The notes: generated by a model not told the origin, from the sequence alone. A DNA stretch of 64,000 nucleotides from Lama guanicoe (GCA_013239625.1 MU053881.1:11980879-12044878), one strand, 5' to 3'. Positions 11,690 to 25,417 are shown, counted from the stretch's first letter. Numbers and translations: made by a program.

Positions 11690-12800
11690 AACATTTAATA
11701 AATGTTTTTCTTTTGGAAGAATCTCATTATATAGGAAATTTGCAAAGATGGTACTACAGAGTTCCCTGTTTCCTCTATTGTTACCGTCTTACATTACTAT
11801 GGTACATTTGTCACAACTAATGAACCAATTTTATCATTATCTAAAGTTCATACTTTATTCGGATTTCCTTAGTTTTTTACCTAATGGCTTTTGCAGACCC
11901 AGAATCCCATCTAGGAAACCACATTACATTCAGTCATCATGTCTCCTTGGAATTCTCTAGACTGACAGTTTGTCAGGCTTCTCTTGTTTTTAATGACCTT
12001 GACATTTTAATAACTACTGTTCAGGTATTTTGTAGAACATCCCTTTAATTTGGTTCTGCCTGATATTTTTCTCATGGTTAGGCAGGAATGTGGGTTTGGG
12101 GAGACAGACTACAGAGAAAAAGTGCCAAGCTCACTGCATCACACCAAGGGTGTCCACTATCAGTATGACGATCACTTAACTGAGGTCCTGTTTGTCAGGT
12201 TTCTCCACTATCAAGTTACTGTTTCCCCTCTTTTCATACTGTATATCTTTGAAAGAAATCACTGTGTGCATTGTACACTTAAAGGATGGGGAATTACATT
12301 CCCTCCCCTTAAGGGCAGAGTATCCATGTAAATTATCTGGTATTCTGCATGAGAGATTTGTCTATTATCCATCATTTATTTATTTATACAACCAGTTATG
12401 TCAGTATGAACTCAGGGACATTTCCTTTATATTTTGGGTCATACTCCAATACGATGTTATGTATTTAAGTTTTGCTCAAATTGTTCCAGGTTTGATCACT
12501 GGGAGATCTTTTAGTTGGCTCCCGTATCCCTTCAACAAACCTCCATCATTCTGTTTTTTGAACACTTCCTACTTTCTAGAACCACAGGATGCTCCGTGCT
12601 CATCTTACATGTCCACTCCTCTGGTTCTAAAATCAGCCACTTTTTCCCCAAAGAGCCCTGGTTCCTTTTAACGGAGAATGATATTACAAATTGAGGTCTG
12701 GGAAGTGGGTGTGCTCATTGTGAATGAGATGCGGCTGCTTCTAGCCCTCTCAGCAGACAGAGGCAGGGAATACATGTGTATATACTATTTATATCTAATA
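11690..12800 (-). mobile_element. Old L1 (L1MC-like) 3' region
   Basis: TTTGCAAAGATGGTACTACAGAGTTCCC...CACATTACATTCAGTCATCATGTCTCCTT...GAGCCCTGGTTCCTTTTA resemble antisense L1MC 3' UTR. Confidence 0.7.
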
Positions 12801-12893
12801 TATATCATAATCTACAAATATACATATACCTAATATATTCATGATGTTCTTTATCATGACTATGAAAAGGAAAAAGATCTAAAAGAAACCCAA

Positions 12894-13074
12894 GATAAAC
12901 AACAAGTTCATTCTGTATAGCGTGGGAACTATATTCAATATCTTGTAGTAACTTATGGTGAAAAAAATATGAAAGCGAATATATGTTCATGTATGACTGG
13001 AGCATATGCTATACACCAGAAACTGACATGACATTGTTAACTGACTATACCTCAATGAATATGTATACACATAA
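12894..13074 (+). mobile_element. 5'-truncated L1 3'-UTR insertion (intermediate-age family)
   Basis: GATAAACAACAAG...CTGTATAGC...ACATTGTTAACTGACTATACCTCAAT; perfect TSD AAAAGAAACCCAA at 12881-12893 and 13075-13087. Confidence 0.88.
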
Positions 13075-14003
13075 AAAAGAAACCCAAATGGACCATATAG
13101 AGATGAAAATTACCACATATAAAATTAAAAAATAATGCAAATTAGACACAGCCAAGGAAAAAATTCAGTGAACTTGAAAACATAGCAATTAACACTGTTC
13201 AAAATAAAGGTCAGAGAGAAAAAGGACCAAAAAAAAAATCAAACCATCCAACATACTTAGAATTAAATTATCAGAAAAGAGGGAGGGGCTGGGAAAGCAC
13301 GTATAAAGAAATAATGGCCCAAGTGTTGGAGAGGATGGAAAACACCTGGAACTCTGATACACTGTTGATATGGATGAAAAACAGTAAGCCACTTTGTAAA
13401 CAAGTAGATATTTATAAAGTTAATCACGCACTTACTGAATGATAACAAATGTCTGTCTGAAGATTTGTATGTGGGTGCGCATAGCACTCTATCCATTATA
13501 GCCAAAATGGGAAGCAACACAATGTTCATCAATTTGTGACTGAATAAACAAGCTGTTACATATCCATACCATGGACAACTACCCAGCAATGAAAGGGAAC
13601 AAAATCCTGGTACATGCAACACTATGAATAAATCTTCATGGATAATATTAAGTGAAAGAAGCCAGGCACCAAAGAATCTATGTATATGATTCCATTTTTA
13701 TGAAATTCAATATGTATTAACATAATACATTCTATATTATATTATTATATATAATATTTTCAAATAAGAGAACTTATATGAAATTCTCAGAAAGTATAAT
13801 GACAGAATGAAGGTGAGTGGCTGTCAGAATGACAGTGAGAGTAGGGGATTTTATTGCAAAGGAGCACAGATGTACTTTTTGGGGTAATGAAAACTTTGTA
13901 TCTCATATTTGTGGTGTGGCTACAGGACCACATTCATTGGTCAAAATCTACCAAATTTATCAGTATTACATGGAAATTATCACTCAATTAGTAAGATGTT
14001 AAA
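13075..14003 (+). mobile_element. Old L1 (L1ME/MC-like): ORF1-like piece joined to ORF2 end and 3' UTR
   Basis: TCAGTGAACTTGAAAACATAGCAAT (ORF1-like); AAGTGTTGGAGAGGATG, AAGTGAAAGAAGCCAGGCAC (3' end). Confidence 0.65.
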
Positions 14004-15819
14004 ATGACTACTCTTTGGCCTAAGCTTTAAGGGCAAAAGACAGGCTAGGAAGCAACAATCTTAATATATTACAGTGTGACCAGTGCTACATCAGAAATGT
14101 GCACATAGTCTATTTATTCAGCTGGAAGCTATCAGCCTGGGACCACAGTAAGCGCTACAATGACAACTGTCCTCACAGAACTGAAGATCTGGGAAACGGA
14201 GCAGGAAATAACTAATCCTACCCGAGGTCTTAGAAAAGACTTCGTAGGGGTAATTTCTGAGCAAAGTCTCAAGAAAGAATTTCACCAGGCAGAGGGATAA
14301 GTATGTACAAAACTACTAGGACTGTTACATTTAACAGCGTGCCATTAAAACAAAAGGGAGGTTTTGTGTGTTTTTTCCTAACCAGTGAAAGCATATTCTC
14401 TGTGAAATTCTAAAACACTGCTTTCTATAAACTATCTGATGATATGGTTACCACCTCAAGCTTCTGTTTTCTGGTTTTAGACTCATCTTCTGCATCACTA
14501 CTGAAATGCTAGGAAAAAATGATCAATTTAGCTCTGTTTACAATGAAATATAAGGTGTTTTCCAGAAAGTGAAATTTCCCAATAATAGGGTACTTGTAAT
14601 CTGTTTTCAAAGATTTAGCATTTGGATAATTTTAAAAGGTCCAAGGGCTACAGACTGGCATTAACTTCTATCAACACAAGGACCTCGTCTCTTTTGTTCA
14701 ACACTGTATATACCGCAGTGTCTGAAACCCAGTAAATGTGCGATAGATATTTTTGTTGTTAATCAATATGAAATTATGCTCTGACAGCTCATTCCATTTG
14801 CTGCCTGTCCCTTCAGGGCCAACAAGAGTATCTCTAGCCCAGAGACCCCAACCATGCGCTTTTTATTTTCCTCTGCTAATTCCCACTTTAACTTTCTAAT
14901 AAGTGGATTAGAATAAATGTATTAATATTACAACTATGTGTTAAATTTATGAGCTCAGACAGTTAAGATTATAGAGGAGAATCACAGAAATTGTTGTATA
15001 TTTAAGAAATCTGAATTTTCTTGATGTTTATTCAAGCACTCTATAGCCTCTGGTTTCTGTATATCTGAGTGGCTGCCAGAAGCCTGTGTCTGTCTCACAT
15101 AGGTCACCTAGTTTGTGTCCTCATCAGAGACATACTGAACTGATAAACCATGGACACTTACCCTGCAACCTGCCTGCAAACGCTTTATAGCTGTTAAACA
15201 CCTTGCAATCCAAAATGAGTGACAGTAAATGTTTATTTCAACACTTAGCAATTCGACAGGTGTGATTATATTGTGTGGTATCTACTGCCTAGTACCTTAT
15301 TTCATCACAAGAGAATGAGATGAGGTTCAACATAATTGCATGCGAGACAGTGGGCTGGGTTTGCTAGTAATTCAAGAGCTAATGAATCAGCCCAGTTCAT
15401 TTCTGGCACTGTGTCACAGGCCTTTCTGTGTGTTTATCTTTTTTTACCCCCTTCACATATGAGTGGAGAATCTCTCTCTCTCTCCTTCTCTTTTTTTTTT
15501 GAAGGGAAAGAAACAACAATAGTAAATTCTAGATCCCCTTTCCATTACTTCATATAGCATTTGTGACCAAGGAATTACAGTATTGATACATTCTTCTATG
15601 ATTGCTGCAGAGAGGAAGAAAACCAGGCATCTAGATTTAATCAGTACCCACCCCTCCCCGCCAAAAGCATCCTGTATAGTTAGCTTTAGAAGGAGAGAAT
15701 ATTAATTTTAGGTTAGTTTTGAATTAGTTCAAAAGCAGGAACATGAATAACTGAACAAAAATTTCCTGTGGAACTAGCAAAAGCAGATGTTTCTTTTACA
15801 GCATTAAAAGGCATCTTTG

Positions 15820-16052
15820 CGGGTAGAGCTCTGGACTGTAATCTAGGAGGTCTGGTTTATTTGCCTTGCTAAGTCATTATCAGACCCTGAGACTGTCGAT
15901 AAGATCCTTGAATACTGTGTATTTCATTTTCCTTATCTGTCGAAGAGCAATGATATTTTACATACCTCTACAGACTTTTCTATGAAAATCAAGTCTGATA
16001 ATATACGAGAAAAGGCCTAAGAAAGTATTATGCAATGTACAAATACTGTTAT
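15820..16052 (+). mobile_element. MIR SINE
   Basis: AGAGCTCTGGACTG...TTTCCTTATCTGT...AAATACTGTTAT. Confidence 0.55.
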
Positions 16053-16312
16053 CACACAGGCTCTTTTTGTGCACAGAGCATTGTGCTCTATCTTATACAG
16101 AAGTTACTCAAGCAGACAAAATCATCAGAGCTAGTCAACCTCCTTTTGGTAACTACTCATAATTATGTTATGATCCTGCCAAAAAACAAAGAATAGCTCA
16201 CAAATTTTTGGACTCTCTCAAAGCTGAGTAACTCAAGATCCTCAAAGAGAAAAAAACTAGTTGAGCTTCTTAAGTGCTTTAATAGAGAGAGACAAGAGAA
16301 ATGACGCATAGA

Positions 16313-16431
16313 GGGGAGGGTATACAGCTCAGTGGTAGAGCGCGTGCTTAGCATGCATGAGGTCCTGAGTTCAATCTTCTGTACCTCCATTAAAAAAATA
16401 AATAAACCTAATTACCCTCCCCAAAACAAAG
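16313..16431 (+). mobile_element. tRNA-derived camelid SINE (Vic-1-like)
   Basis: A box AGCTCAGTGGTAGAGC, B box GAGTTCAATC, AAATAAATAAACCTAATTACC tail; imperfect TSD GAGAAATGAC(G/T)CA at 16296 and 16432. Confidence 0.85.
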
Positions 16432-16481
16432 GAGAAATGACTCAAGATAGATACTGAATGTTGACCATAATACTATCCCTT

Positions 16482-17814
16482 TCAACTAATCTTCGACAAA
16501 GGAGGCAAGAATATACAATGGAATAAAGACAGTCTCTTCAGCAAATGGTGATGGGAAAACTGGACAACAGCATGTAAAACAATGAAGCTAGAACACACCC
16601 TTACACCATATACAAAAATCAACTCAAAATGGATTAAAGACTTAAACATAAGACAAGATACAATAAACCTCCTAGAGGAAAACATAGGCAAAACATTATC
16701 TGACATACATTTCAAAAATTTTCTCCTAGAAGAAATAAAAGCAAGAATAAACAAATGGGACCTAATGAAACTTACAAGCTTCTGCAGAGCAAAGGAAACC
16801 AGAAGTAAAACAAGAAGAAAACCTACGGAATGGGAGAAAATTTTTGCAAGTGAAACCGACAAAGGCTTGATCTCCAGAATATATAAGCAGCTCATACGAC
16901 TCAATAAGAAAAAAATAAACAACCCAATCCAAAAATGGGCAGAAGACCTAAACAAGCAATTCTCCAAGGAAGACATACAAATGATCAAAAAGCACATGAA
17001 AAAATGTTCAATATCACTAATTATCAGAGAAATGCAAATCAAAACTACAATGAGGTATCACCTCACACCAGTCAGAATGGCCGTCATTCAAAAATCCAAA
17101 AATGACAAATGCTGGAGAGGCTGTGGAGAAAGGGGAACCCTCCTACACTGCTGGTGGGAATGCAGTTTGGTGCAGCCACTATGGAAAACAGTGTGGAGAT
17201 TCCTCAAAAGACTAGGAATAGACTTACCATATGACCCAGGAATCCCACTCCTGGGCTTGTATCCAGAAGGAAATCTACTTCAGGATGACACCTGCACCCC
17301 AATGTTCATAGCAGCACTATTTACAATAGCCAAAACATGGAAACAGCCTAAATGTCCATCAACAGGTGACTGGATAAAGAAGGTGTGGTATATTTATACA
17401 ATGGAATACTACTCAGACATAAAAACCAACAACATAATGCCATTTGCAGCAACATGGATGCTCCTAGAGAATGTCATTCTAAGTGAAGTAAGCCAGAAAG
17501 AGAAAGAAAAATACTGTATGAGATCACTCATATGTGGAATCTAAAGACTCATGGACAGAGAATACAGACTTGTGGTTACCAGGGGGGTAGAGGGTGGGAA
17601 GGGATAGACTGGGATTTCAAAATTGTAGAATAGATAAACAAGATTACACTGTATAGCACAGGGAAATATACACAAAATGTTATGATAAATCACAGAGAAA
17701 AAAATGTGACAATGAGTGTGTATATGTCCATGAATGACTGAAAAATTGTGCTGAACACTGGAATTTGACACAACATTGTAAAATGATTATAAATCAATAA
17801 AAAATGTTAAAAAA
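16482..17814 (+). mobile_element. 5'-truncated young L1 (ORF2 C-terminus + 3' UTR), about 99% identical to 3164-4496
   Basis: About 14 substitutions in ~1330 bp by manual comparison; perfect 15-bp TSD ATAATACTATCCCTT at 16467-16481 and 17815-17829; nonsense change TGT>TGA near 16549. Confidence 0.97.
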
Positions 17815-18039
17815 ATAATACTATCCCTTGCCTTCACAGAGTTTAGAGTTTCTTGATTTATGTATATAAAAATTTAAATTTTATCTTTCTCCAAAATATC
17901 CTTCAATAGCAAATTCTTAAATTCAAAAGAGTCCATGCACTCCATGTCTTCCATCCTTTGTGTTTTCTCCTTCCAACTATGGCCATCACGCATCATACAC
18001 TTGTTCTGACCCCACTGAGATCTCTTGCACCCGTGTTAA

Positions 18040-19185
18040 GAAAAAAGAATTTAAAAACCTAACTTTATATCTGAAGGAACTAGAAAATAAAGAACTAAGC
18101 CCAAAGTTAGCAGAAGGACAGAAATAATAAAGATTAGAGCAGAAATAAGTGACATAGAGACTAGAAAGCCAATAGAAAGTATCAATACAACTAAAAGTTG
18201 GTTGTTTCAAAAGATAAACAAAATTGACAAACTTTTAGTTAGACTAACCAAGGAAAAAAGAGAGAAGGCTCAGATAAACAACACAGTAAATCAAAAAGAA
18301 GACATTACAACTGATACCACAGAAATACAAAGGATTATAAGAGACTACCATAAACAATTATATGCTAGCAAGTTGGATACCTGTAAGAAACAGATAAATT
18401 TCTGGAGACATACAACATACCAAGACTGAATCATGAAGTAACAGAAAATCTGACAGACCGATAACCAGTAGAGAGACTGAAGCAGTAATCAAAAACCTTC
18501 AAACAAAGAAAAGCCCAGGACCAAATGGTTTCACTAACGAGCTCTGCCAAACATTTAAAAAAGAATTAGTGCTAATCCTTCTCAAACTCTTCCAAATACT
18601 AAAGAGGAGGGAACATTCACAAGCTCATTTTATGAGACCAGCATCACCCTGATACCAAGCCAGATAAGGATGGTATAAGAAAAGAAAAACTATAGACCAA
18701 CATTCCTGAGGAATATAGATGGAAGAATTCTAAAATAAATTCTAGATTCAACAGCACATTAAAAGGATCATACACCATGATCAAGTGGGATTTATTCCCA
18801 GAATAAAAAGATGGTTCAACATATACAAATCAATGCATGCGATATACCATATTAATAGAATGAAGGATAAAAATCCTATGATCCTTTTAATAGACGGGAA
18901 AAAGAAAGCATTTACCAAAATTCAACATTTTTTCATGATAAAAGCTCTCAACAAATTGGGTACAGGAGGAACACAGCTCAACATAATACAAGCCATATAT
19001 GATAAACCCATGTTTAATGTCATATTCAATAGTGAAAAACTGAAAAGTTTTCCCTCCAAGATCAGAAGCAAGACAAGGGTGCTCACTGTCACCACTCCTG
19101 TTCAGGTACTGAAGGTCCAAGCCAGAGTAATCAGGGAAGAAAAACAAACAGAAGGCAACCTGATTGGAAAGAAGAGTAAAATTGC
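18040..19185 (+). mobile_element. Old L1 ORF2 fragment (Z region and N-terminal RT), frameshifted
   Basis: ORF fragments FQKINKIDKLLVRLTKEKREKAQI and GFIPRIKRWFNIYKS homologous to ORF2p. Confidence 0.9.
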
Positions 19186-19220
19186 CTGCACACACACAAT
19201 AAAAAAATACTGTACTTGAT

Positions 19221-19411
19221 CCGTGATTTTCAAAGTGTGATCCTTGAACCAACAACATCAGCATCACTTGGACACCTGTAAAAAGCAGCAGTTCTTGGAC
19301 CAAACCCAAGATATCCTGAATCAGAAACTACTGGGTAGTCAGGCCCAGCAATTTGCATTTTCACAAGCCCTTAAGGTGTTTCTGATACAAACTAATGTTT
19401 GAGGACCACTG
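19221..19411. mobile_element. MER5A (hAT-Charlie) DNA transposon fossil
   Basis: TIR-like ends CCGTGATTTTCAAA / TTTGAGGACCACTG; internal CATCAGCATCACTTGG, TGAATCAGAAACT, GGCCCAGCAATTTGCATTTT. Confidence 0.85.
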
Positions 19412-21534
19412 CCTTAGACTAACCTTGTGATAAGGATGGTGTTCCTCACTCTACCTTATGTACACAGAGCATAATTTGGTATTTGAATACAGAAGCCTTC
19501 TCCTTTTAGATCAGGCCATGGTCTTAGAATCCTTCTCAACAGAGAGATACAGGAAGTATCGGCGATCAGTCAGAGCTATACCTTGAGCTGAAATCTTTCT
19601 GTGATTCTTACTATAATTTCCTAGAGGAGTCATACTATCTCTCAGTGCACAGAAAACTGTTTAGGACCTAGGCTCGAGCAATGGAGAAGGGAGGGTTGGG
19701 CATGAAGACATGAACTTTAAGATATCCTCAAGAAAAGAAAGGACAAAAGAAATGGCATGGAAGACAGAATCTCTAAATGTAAGAGAAGATGCAGATGACA
19801 ATGAACAGGAAACCAGATAAAGGGAAATTTTAATAGGTCAGAGTAGAATGGACTGGTATCCAGAATGGAGACAGTTTTTAGATACTTTAACTTTTAAACA
19901 CAATCATATTAATTTATATTCACAGACAGTACTGAGCCCTGTAACCAGGTGCTTGGTTTTGGTACTGTGTAATGGCAGAAATTCTCCCGACTGGTCTTAT
20001 TGAAGTGGAAAGAAAAGGCAAACAAACACTTGCAAAGCAGTTAAATTTCAGGCAGTATTTCCAAATAGGCTAAGTTTAAGGAATTGAAGACAACTTTAAA
20101 AATTGTTTACTTTTAAAATATCACTATAATGGGTTTAATACAGTTAAAATTGAGGCCTTTGAGCCCCACTTACTGCACTGTCATTAGAAAGTCTTTTTCT
20201 TTGATAAATGGCATTGCCCACGAGCTACTAAATGCTTCCTTTTTTTTTTTCCCCCTGAGGAACAGGACACTTTATGGGAATAGAGCAATTTTTACTTACC
20301 CAAACCATTATGTATCTGAAACCTCAATAGGTCCAAAGAATTTATAAACAGGAGTAACCAGAGATTTTTAAATGTATTTATAATAGCCCCATTTAATAAA
20401 TATCTCTTATATTGTCCATTATTTTACAAACACTTTGAAAGCTTGAATAGTCTCATTTGAATGCACATTTTCAATTTAGAATTTGTGTAACTTTGCTGTC
20501 ACCAACAGGTTTCTGTGTGAATTAAATGTTTTTCATCTCAGTATGTTTTCACTGTGCCTAACAGTTAAAAAAAATCAAGGAATAGGCTATACTGTTATTT
20601 TTCTTAAACTTGAGATGCTCTGTAGAGAGCAATTAAGCATTAACATATTGTATCTGGGAAAGTAATTATTATTTTCTGATTTGCTTGAAGAGGAGAGTGT
20701 GAACATATATCAGCCAAAGAGCCATTTGAATTTTTTTTTCTCTAGCAGCAGATTTATTTCTCCATTAAACGTAGAAAGATCATCAATATCTACTACATGG
20801 CTTCAATTAACTGAACATTCTGTCAGCCACTGCTATTCTCCAGCAGCCAGATACACCCTGTGAAATAATAGAGAACCTGTCTTGTTTTCTCATCTTCCTT
20901 CTCAATTAAACAAGAAAAGATAGAATGGCTAGAGGACATTAAATCTAAGCCTGCCTTTTAGCTGGCATCTGCTCTTCTAAAGACAATTTATAAAAAGTTA
21001 TATAATGGAAGAACCCGTGTTAAGGAAGGCAAGAACAGAGAGGTATTAAAAATGTGTCCTTCCCCCGTCTCATTTCATTCTCAACGACCTGGGTTCCTGT
21101 GATTCCCATAAAGCCTCAGCCTCACCAAGACATAAAAGAGAAGAATTCAGAAAGTACTGTCTTTCCACCGAGAAAACTATTGGTCAACCACAAAATAACA
21201 CAAATACTTTATTAATGTAATTCCATATTACAACAGAACCTCTTGTTATCCTTTCATTTTTTTAATAATCCAGACTGGTTTTTTTTTTTAACTAACAAAT
21301 GAGTATTATTTCTCAAGGCTTCATTAAACCTAAAATATCCCAGATAGAAACAGAATGTATTTAACTGAGGTTCATCTTTCTTTTTTTAAATAAAGAATGT
21401 GTACGAATTTAGGATCACATTTATGACAACATAAAGGTAAGCACATAAATTATGCTTATTATATTACACTCAAGTGTCACCCATACGCACAGATCAACTT
21501 GGATTATCTAGAAGAACTGCTCTATTTTTTGTGC

Positions 21535-23300
21535 TCATATTCATGTACTCAGCCTTCTACAAAATGTTTGGTAAAGTGCTGGGCAACTGGGATACAAGAG
21601 CTCCGAGTGAGGGCAGCTGTCCAGCTGAGAGTGTGTGAAGACCCAAGTGAGTATTTATAATTTAGTTTGACAAGTACAATAATAGATGTGTGTGTGTGTG
21701 TGTGTGTGGCCAGAGGGGAGGGGGAGATTGACCGTGAATTTGGAAATGAAAAGGAAGAGAATCTAAGGCATCAGGGAGGGGTAATGGAAGATTTCCTAGA
21801 GGAAAAGTTAGATTGAGTTGAATTACCCAGAATTGGTTTAGGACACTACAGGATGAAAGAGCATTCTGGATCACAATATGAAGCTATTTCCTTGTTTATT
21901 ATTTTACCTTCATTGAGCATCTGTAAGAGAGGCCTTGCTATGCACCTGAAGGAGGACACCTCTTTTCTTCCTCCCTACCAACCGCAGGACATTTACTATT
22001 ATCATTCTTATATAAAAATGAAAAGTAAACAGTCTGTCCACAGTCAAACATACTGGATTTTATCTCAGAGAATCTGACTCCAGAGCCTGCTTGTACAACA
22101 TTAGAGACAGCGTGGCACTTCTAGGAACATTCTAGAATCTGTGGTGTTTGACAGTGGAGGGATGTCACAAATCAGAAATCAGAGTGTCAAAGAGAAGGTC
22201 TCTGAAGTGAAAATGCATGTTCGGACTTTATCCAATTGACTGTATGGTACAATTGCAGGATTTAAAGAAAGGGTGGACAGCATTATGTATTACTTTTATA
22301 ATAGCTCATTATTTATTTTTATCGTCATCTGTACAGAAGATAGACAGGAGAAATAATGATTAGAGTTAGGAGACAGCTTAAGAAACAGGCAATATTTCAA
22401 GCAGGAGATGATAACTTGAACTGAGTGAGTGGTAGCTGAGGACAACTGGACAAAATCAAGAGACAATGAAGATGAAGAATCCACAGGGTTTTTTTTTTTT
22501 TTAAATAGATTAGATGTGTGGAGCAGGGAGAATTCTGCAGGGACTCACATTTCTAGCTTGAGTAATAAAATCTGGATTGTAGTGACTTCAGCTGATGGAG
22601 CATATAGGAAGAAGATCCATTTAGGGGTAGAGTGAAGGAAATAATGGATTCTCTTTCGCAAATGATGTGGCTGACACACTTATATAGACAATATCATGGC
22701 AATTGAACAGAATGATCTTGGATGCAGAGAGAAGTTGGGGCCAAGTGCGTACATGTATGTAAATAATTCACAGGCTACTGAAGTTGTGGCAACTGGCAAG
22801 ATTAGTCAAGGAAATACGATCCCATGAGAGAGGCTGAGAAGAAATATTAGTGAAGAGAGACAGAAGCAGAAAGCTATGTGGAAGAAATAATTTCGGAGGA
22901 TAGGCAATGTCATCAGAAATACTGAAGAGAGAACAAGTCAGATGTATCTGCCGAAAGTGGCCCTGGAAGGAGAAATGTGGTTGTGCTGTAGGGAGAACTT
23001 AGACTACAGTTGGAGGAGAAAGAGATTTGAGTGTCTAGAGAGGCTGACGTGATACACCATGAGGTCCAGATGGGCTAAGGGAAGAAATTAAAGCTCGGTG
23101 GAGCCTCGGAACTGGAGGTTGGGATGAATTTTAACAGCCAAAGTCTTACTATCAAGGTTCTGGGGAAATGGAAAGACTGAGAGGTTATGGTGAAAATAAT
23201 GTGCCACAAACTTTTAAGATTCGAGAGATGAAACATTTCTAAGCAATTTGTATTATCTAGGCTTTCAGCCACAGATTGAGCGACAGAGAATGGAAGTAAT
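21535..23300 (-). mobile_element. Fragmented L2 LINE region
   Basis: Starts with L2 3'-end-like ATTCATGTACTCAG...GTGCTGGGCAACTGGGATACA, then purine-rich L2-antisense-like tracts; boundaries approximate. Confidence 0.5.
21687..21708. repeat. (TG)11 microsatellite
   Basis: Direct reading. Confidence 0.95.
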
Positions 23301-25015
23301 AGTCACTAGAAAAGAAAAGGTCAGAAATTTGGGTAGGTGGCTGACAGCAACCGGAGTAGAAGGGAGACTGAGGAAGAAGCCAATTCACAAAATATACTGG
23401 GTTGGGGGAGCAGGGCAAAACAGGAGACCAGACAGGTGTCATGAGCCTCATGTGAGAGAAGCTTTCCCAAAGGAGAGAATAAATACTGGTTTGGCAGTAG
23501 AAACGGGGAATTAAAGAAGGTTAGCATCTCCTACAAGCTCCAAGATACGCAATGTGAAAAATCAAGGTGTCTTCACTAAAAAGAGCAGCAAAGTAGAAAT
23601 TAATTTCCTCCTATAAGCACCTGGTGAGCTACAAATTCATCTCACAGCAACCTGAACTTCCTCCTACAAACCACTCACTGTACTTACAGTAACAATAGCA
23701 TATTTGTCTTTATCACATTTAACTTTTATCAGAGTACTGGATTTTATCTGTTGTCCCACTCATCATTACGTTCAACCTTAGACCTTCCACAGAATATAAC
23801 TCAGAGCTATATATAATTACCTTCTAATGAGTACTGTGTGAATGAAATGGATGTGTACTGATCAGAAATGCTCCTGTGTCTTTTCTAATTGGCTAACATA
23901 ACAACAACAAAATGGGTATGTCTACATACTGCAAGATATTAATACAGTTGCACTGTGACTTATATCATCAGTAAACAAGCTAGCTAGTGCTTTACAGTGT
24001 TTATTCCAGCCTAAATGATGGTCCACTCAGTTATACATTTTGATCAAACTAATTGGTAATATGGCCATAACCCTACTTCAATTTGTGTTGTGCATAAAGA
24101 GGCAAAGAGATGAACAAATCAAGCCAATTAACTTAAAAAAATCTAGATACCAAAAACCATTTATAAAAAGAAAAAAAAATTGGGGTAATAGTGCCAAAAA
24201 AGCATTTTGCATTCTAGTTTAACTTCAGCCTCCCAATTTAGTTCTCCTGAACCCATCTCACTTTTCTATTTCCTGATGATACTTCCACTTGCAGTTTCAG
24301 AATTGGGCATTACAACACCAGGGACAGAACTGAAATTCTCGGTGCTCAGAGTGACTGTTGTAACGAGCAAGGCTACAGGCTTAGTCAGTGTTTCAGTGAA
24401 AGGATCAATATTTGTATCTTGTCCAAAGTCTGCTGCCTTTCCTTGACAGTAACTTCCACCACTCCCTTGAGGAATAACCTATGTATGTCTGCAATTTTCT
24501 ACCTAAAGTCCTTCTTTCTCTCTCATTATCCATTGTCTTGGCAAAATACCTTTCTTTTTCACTACTTCAGAGACCACCCTGGTTACTTACTCGTCTGATT
24601 TGGCATTAGCACTACTGAACAGGAGACCTGCACTTGGTAGAAGCTGATCTCAAAGAGGTCAGATGGTCAGACTGGCATTTAGATTTTTAAAAATGTATTT
24701 CCTAGAAATAGAATGAAAACTTTCTGATAGATAGCCAGTCGCCAAGTGCCAAATGCCAATATGGGATCAATATTCGATTAGTATTCTTTATAAGTGACAG
24801 TTTTATGAAGCCAAATCTAATAGTGGAAATAGTCAATCTTTCCTATCAATTAGCAGATCACATAAGTAAAAGGATTTAATTCCTTGGATAAATTGGAGCT
24901 TATAAAAAGAGCTGACACCTGCTTTATAGCTTATAAAGGCTTTTAAAAATATGATAAAAAGATAAATGTCATGGATCTCTTTTTGTCAGAGACTCTGTAA
25001 TATTCTAATGATGTA

Positions 25016-25171
25016 TATGGTCAGCCCTCCATATCTGCAGATGAGAAACTCATGGATACAGAGGGCCAACTGTACTGTGCCATTTCATATAAGGGACTGG
25101 AGCATCTGCAGATTTTGGTACCCATGGGGCTCCTGGAATCAGTCCCCCATGGATACCCAGGGATAACTGTA
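25016..25171. mobile_element. MER2/Tigger-type (TcMar) DNA transposon fossil
   Basis: TA-flanked ends TGGTCAGCCCTCCATATC / GGATACCCAGGGATAACTG; internal GGACTGGAGCATCTGCAGATTTTGGTA. Confidence 0.75.
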
Positions 25172-25249
25172 CATTTTGTTTGACATTTTATTTGAAATAT
25201 TGAGGACTTGCAAGGAAGTAGAATCATCAGCAGAAGACAGAACATGATA

Positions 25250-25410
25250 GCGGGAAACAACTGGAATTAGATTAGAATCTTAGAGTCTCGCCCTACTCTT
25301 TCTCTGCCAGTTTGGCCTTAGACAAGTTATTTTCCCATGTTTATCTCTTCATTTGTAAAATGAGAGATATAAATTATAACCTTCTAAGTTTACTTCCCAT
25401 TCTGTGACTC
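25250..25410 (+). mobile_element. MIR SINE
   Basis: GGCCTTAGACAAGTTA...CTTCATTTGTAAAATGAG. Confidence 0.55.
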
Positions 25411-25417
25411 AAATAAA

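Noticed and set aside
16313..16390. tRNA gene (also at 32220 and 35657)
   Set aside because: tRNA-like head is followed by a SINE-specific tail, A-rich end and TSDs; stems are degenerate
16582..17544. 320-aa ORF as a gene
   Set aside because: C-terminal remnant of ORF2 in a promoterless 5'-truncated L1, with an in-frame TGA just upstream
24266..24478. 70-codon minus-strand frame VIPQGSGG...SIIRK* as a terminal exon
   Set aside because: Acceptor lacks a polypyrimidine tract and no homology was recognised
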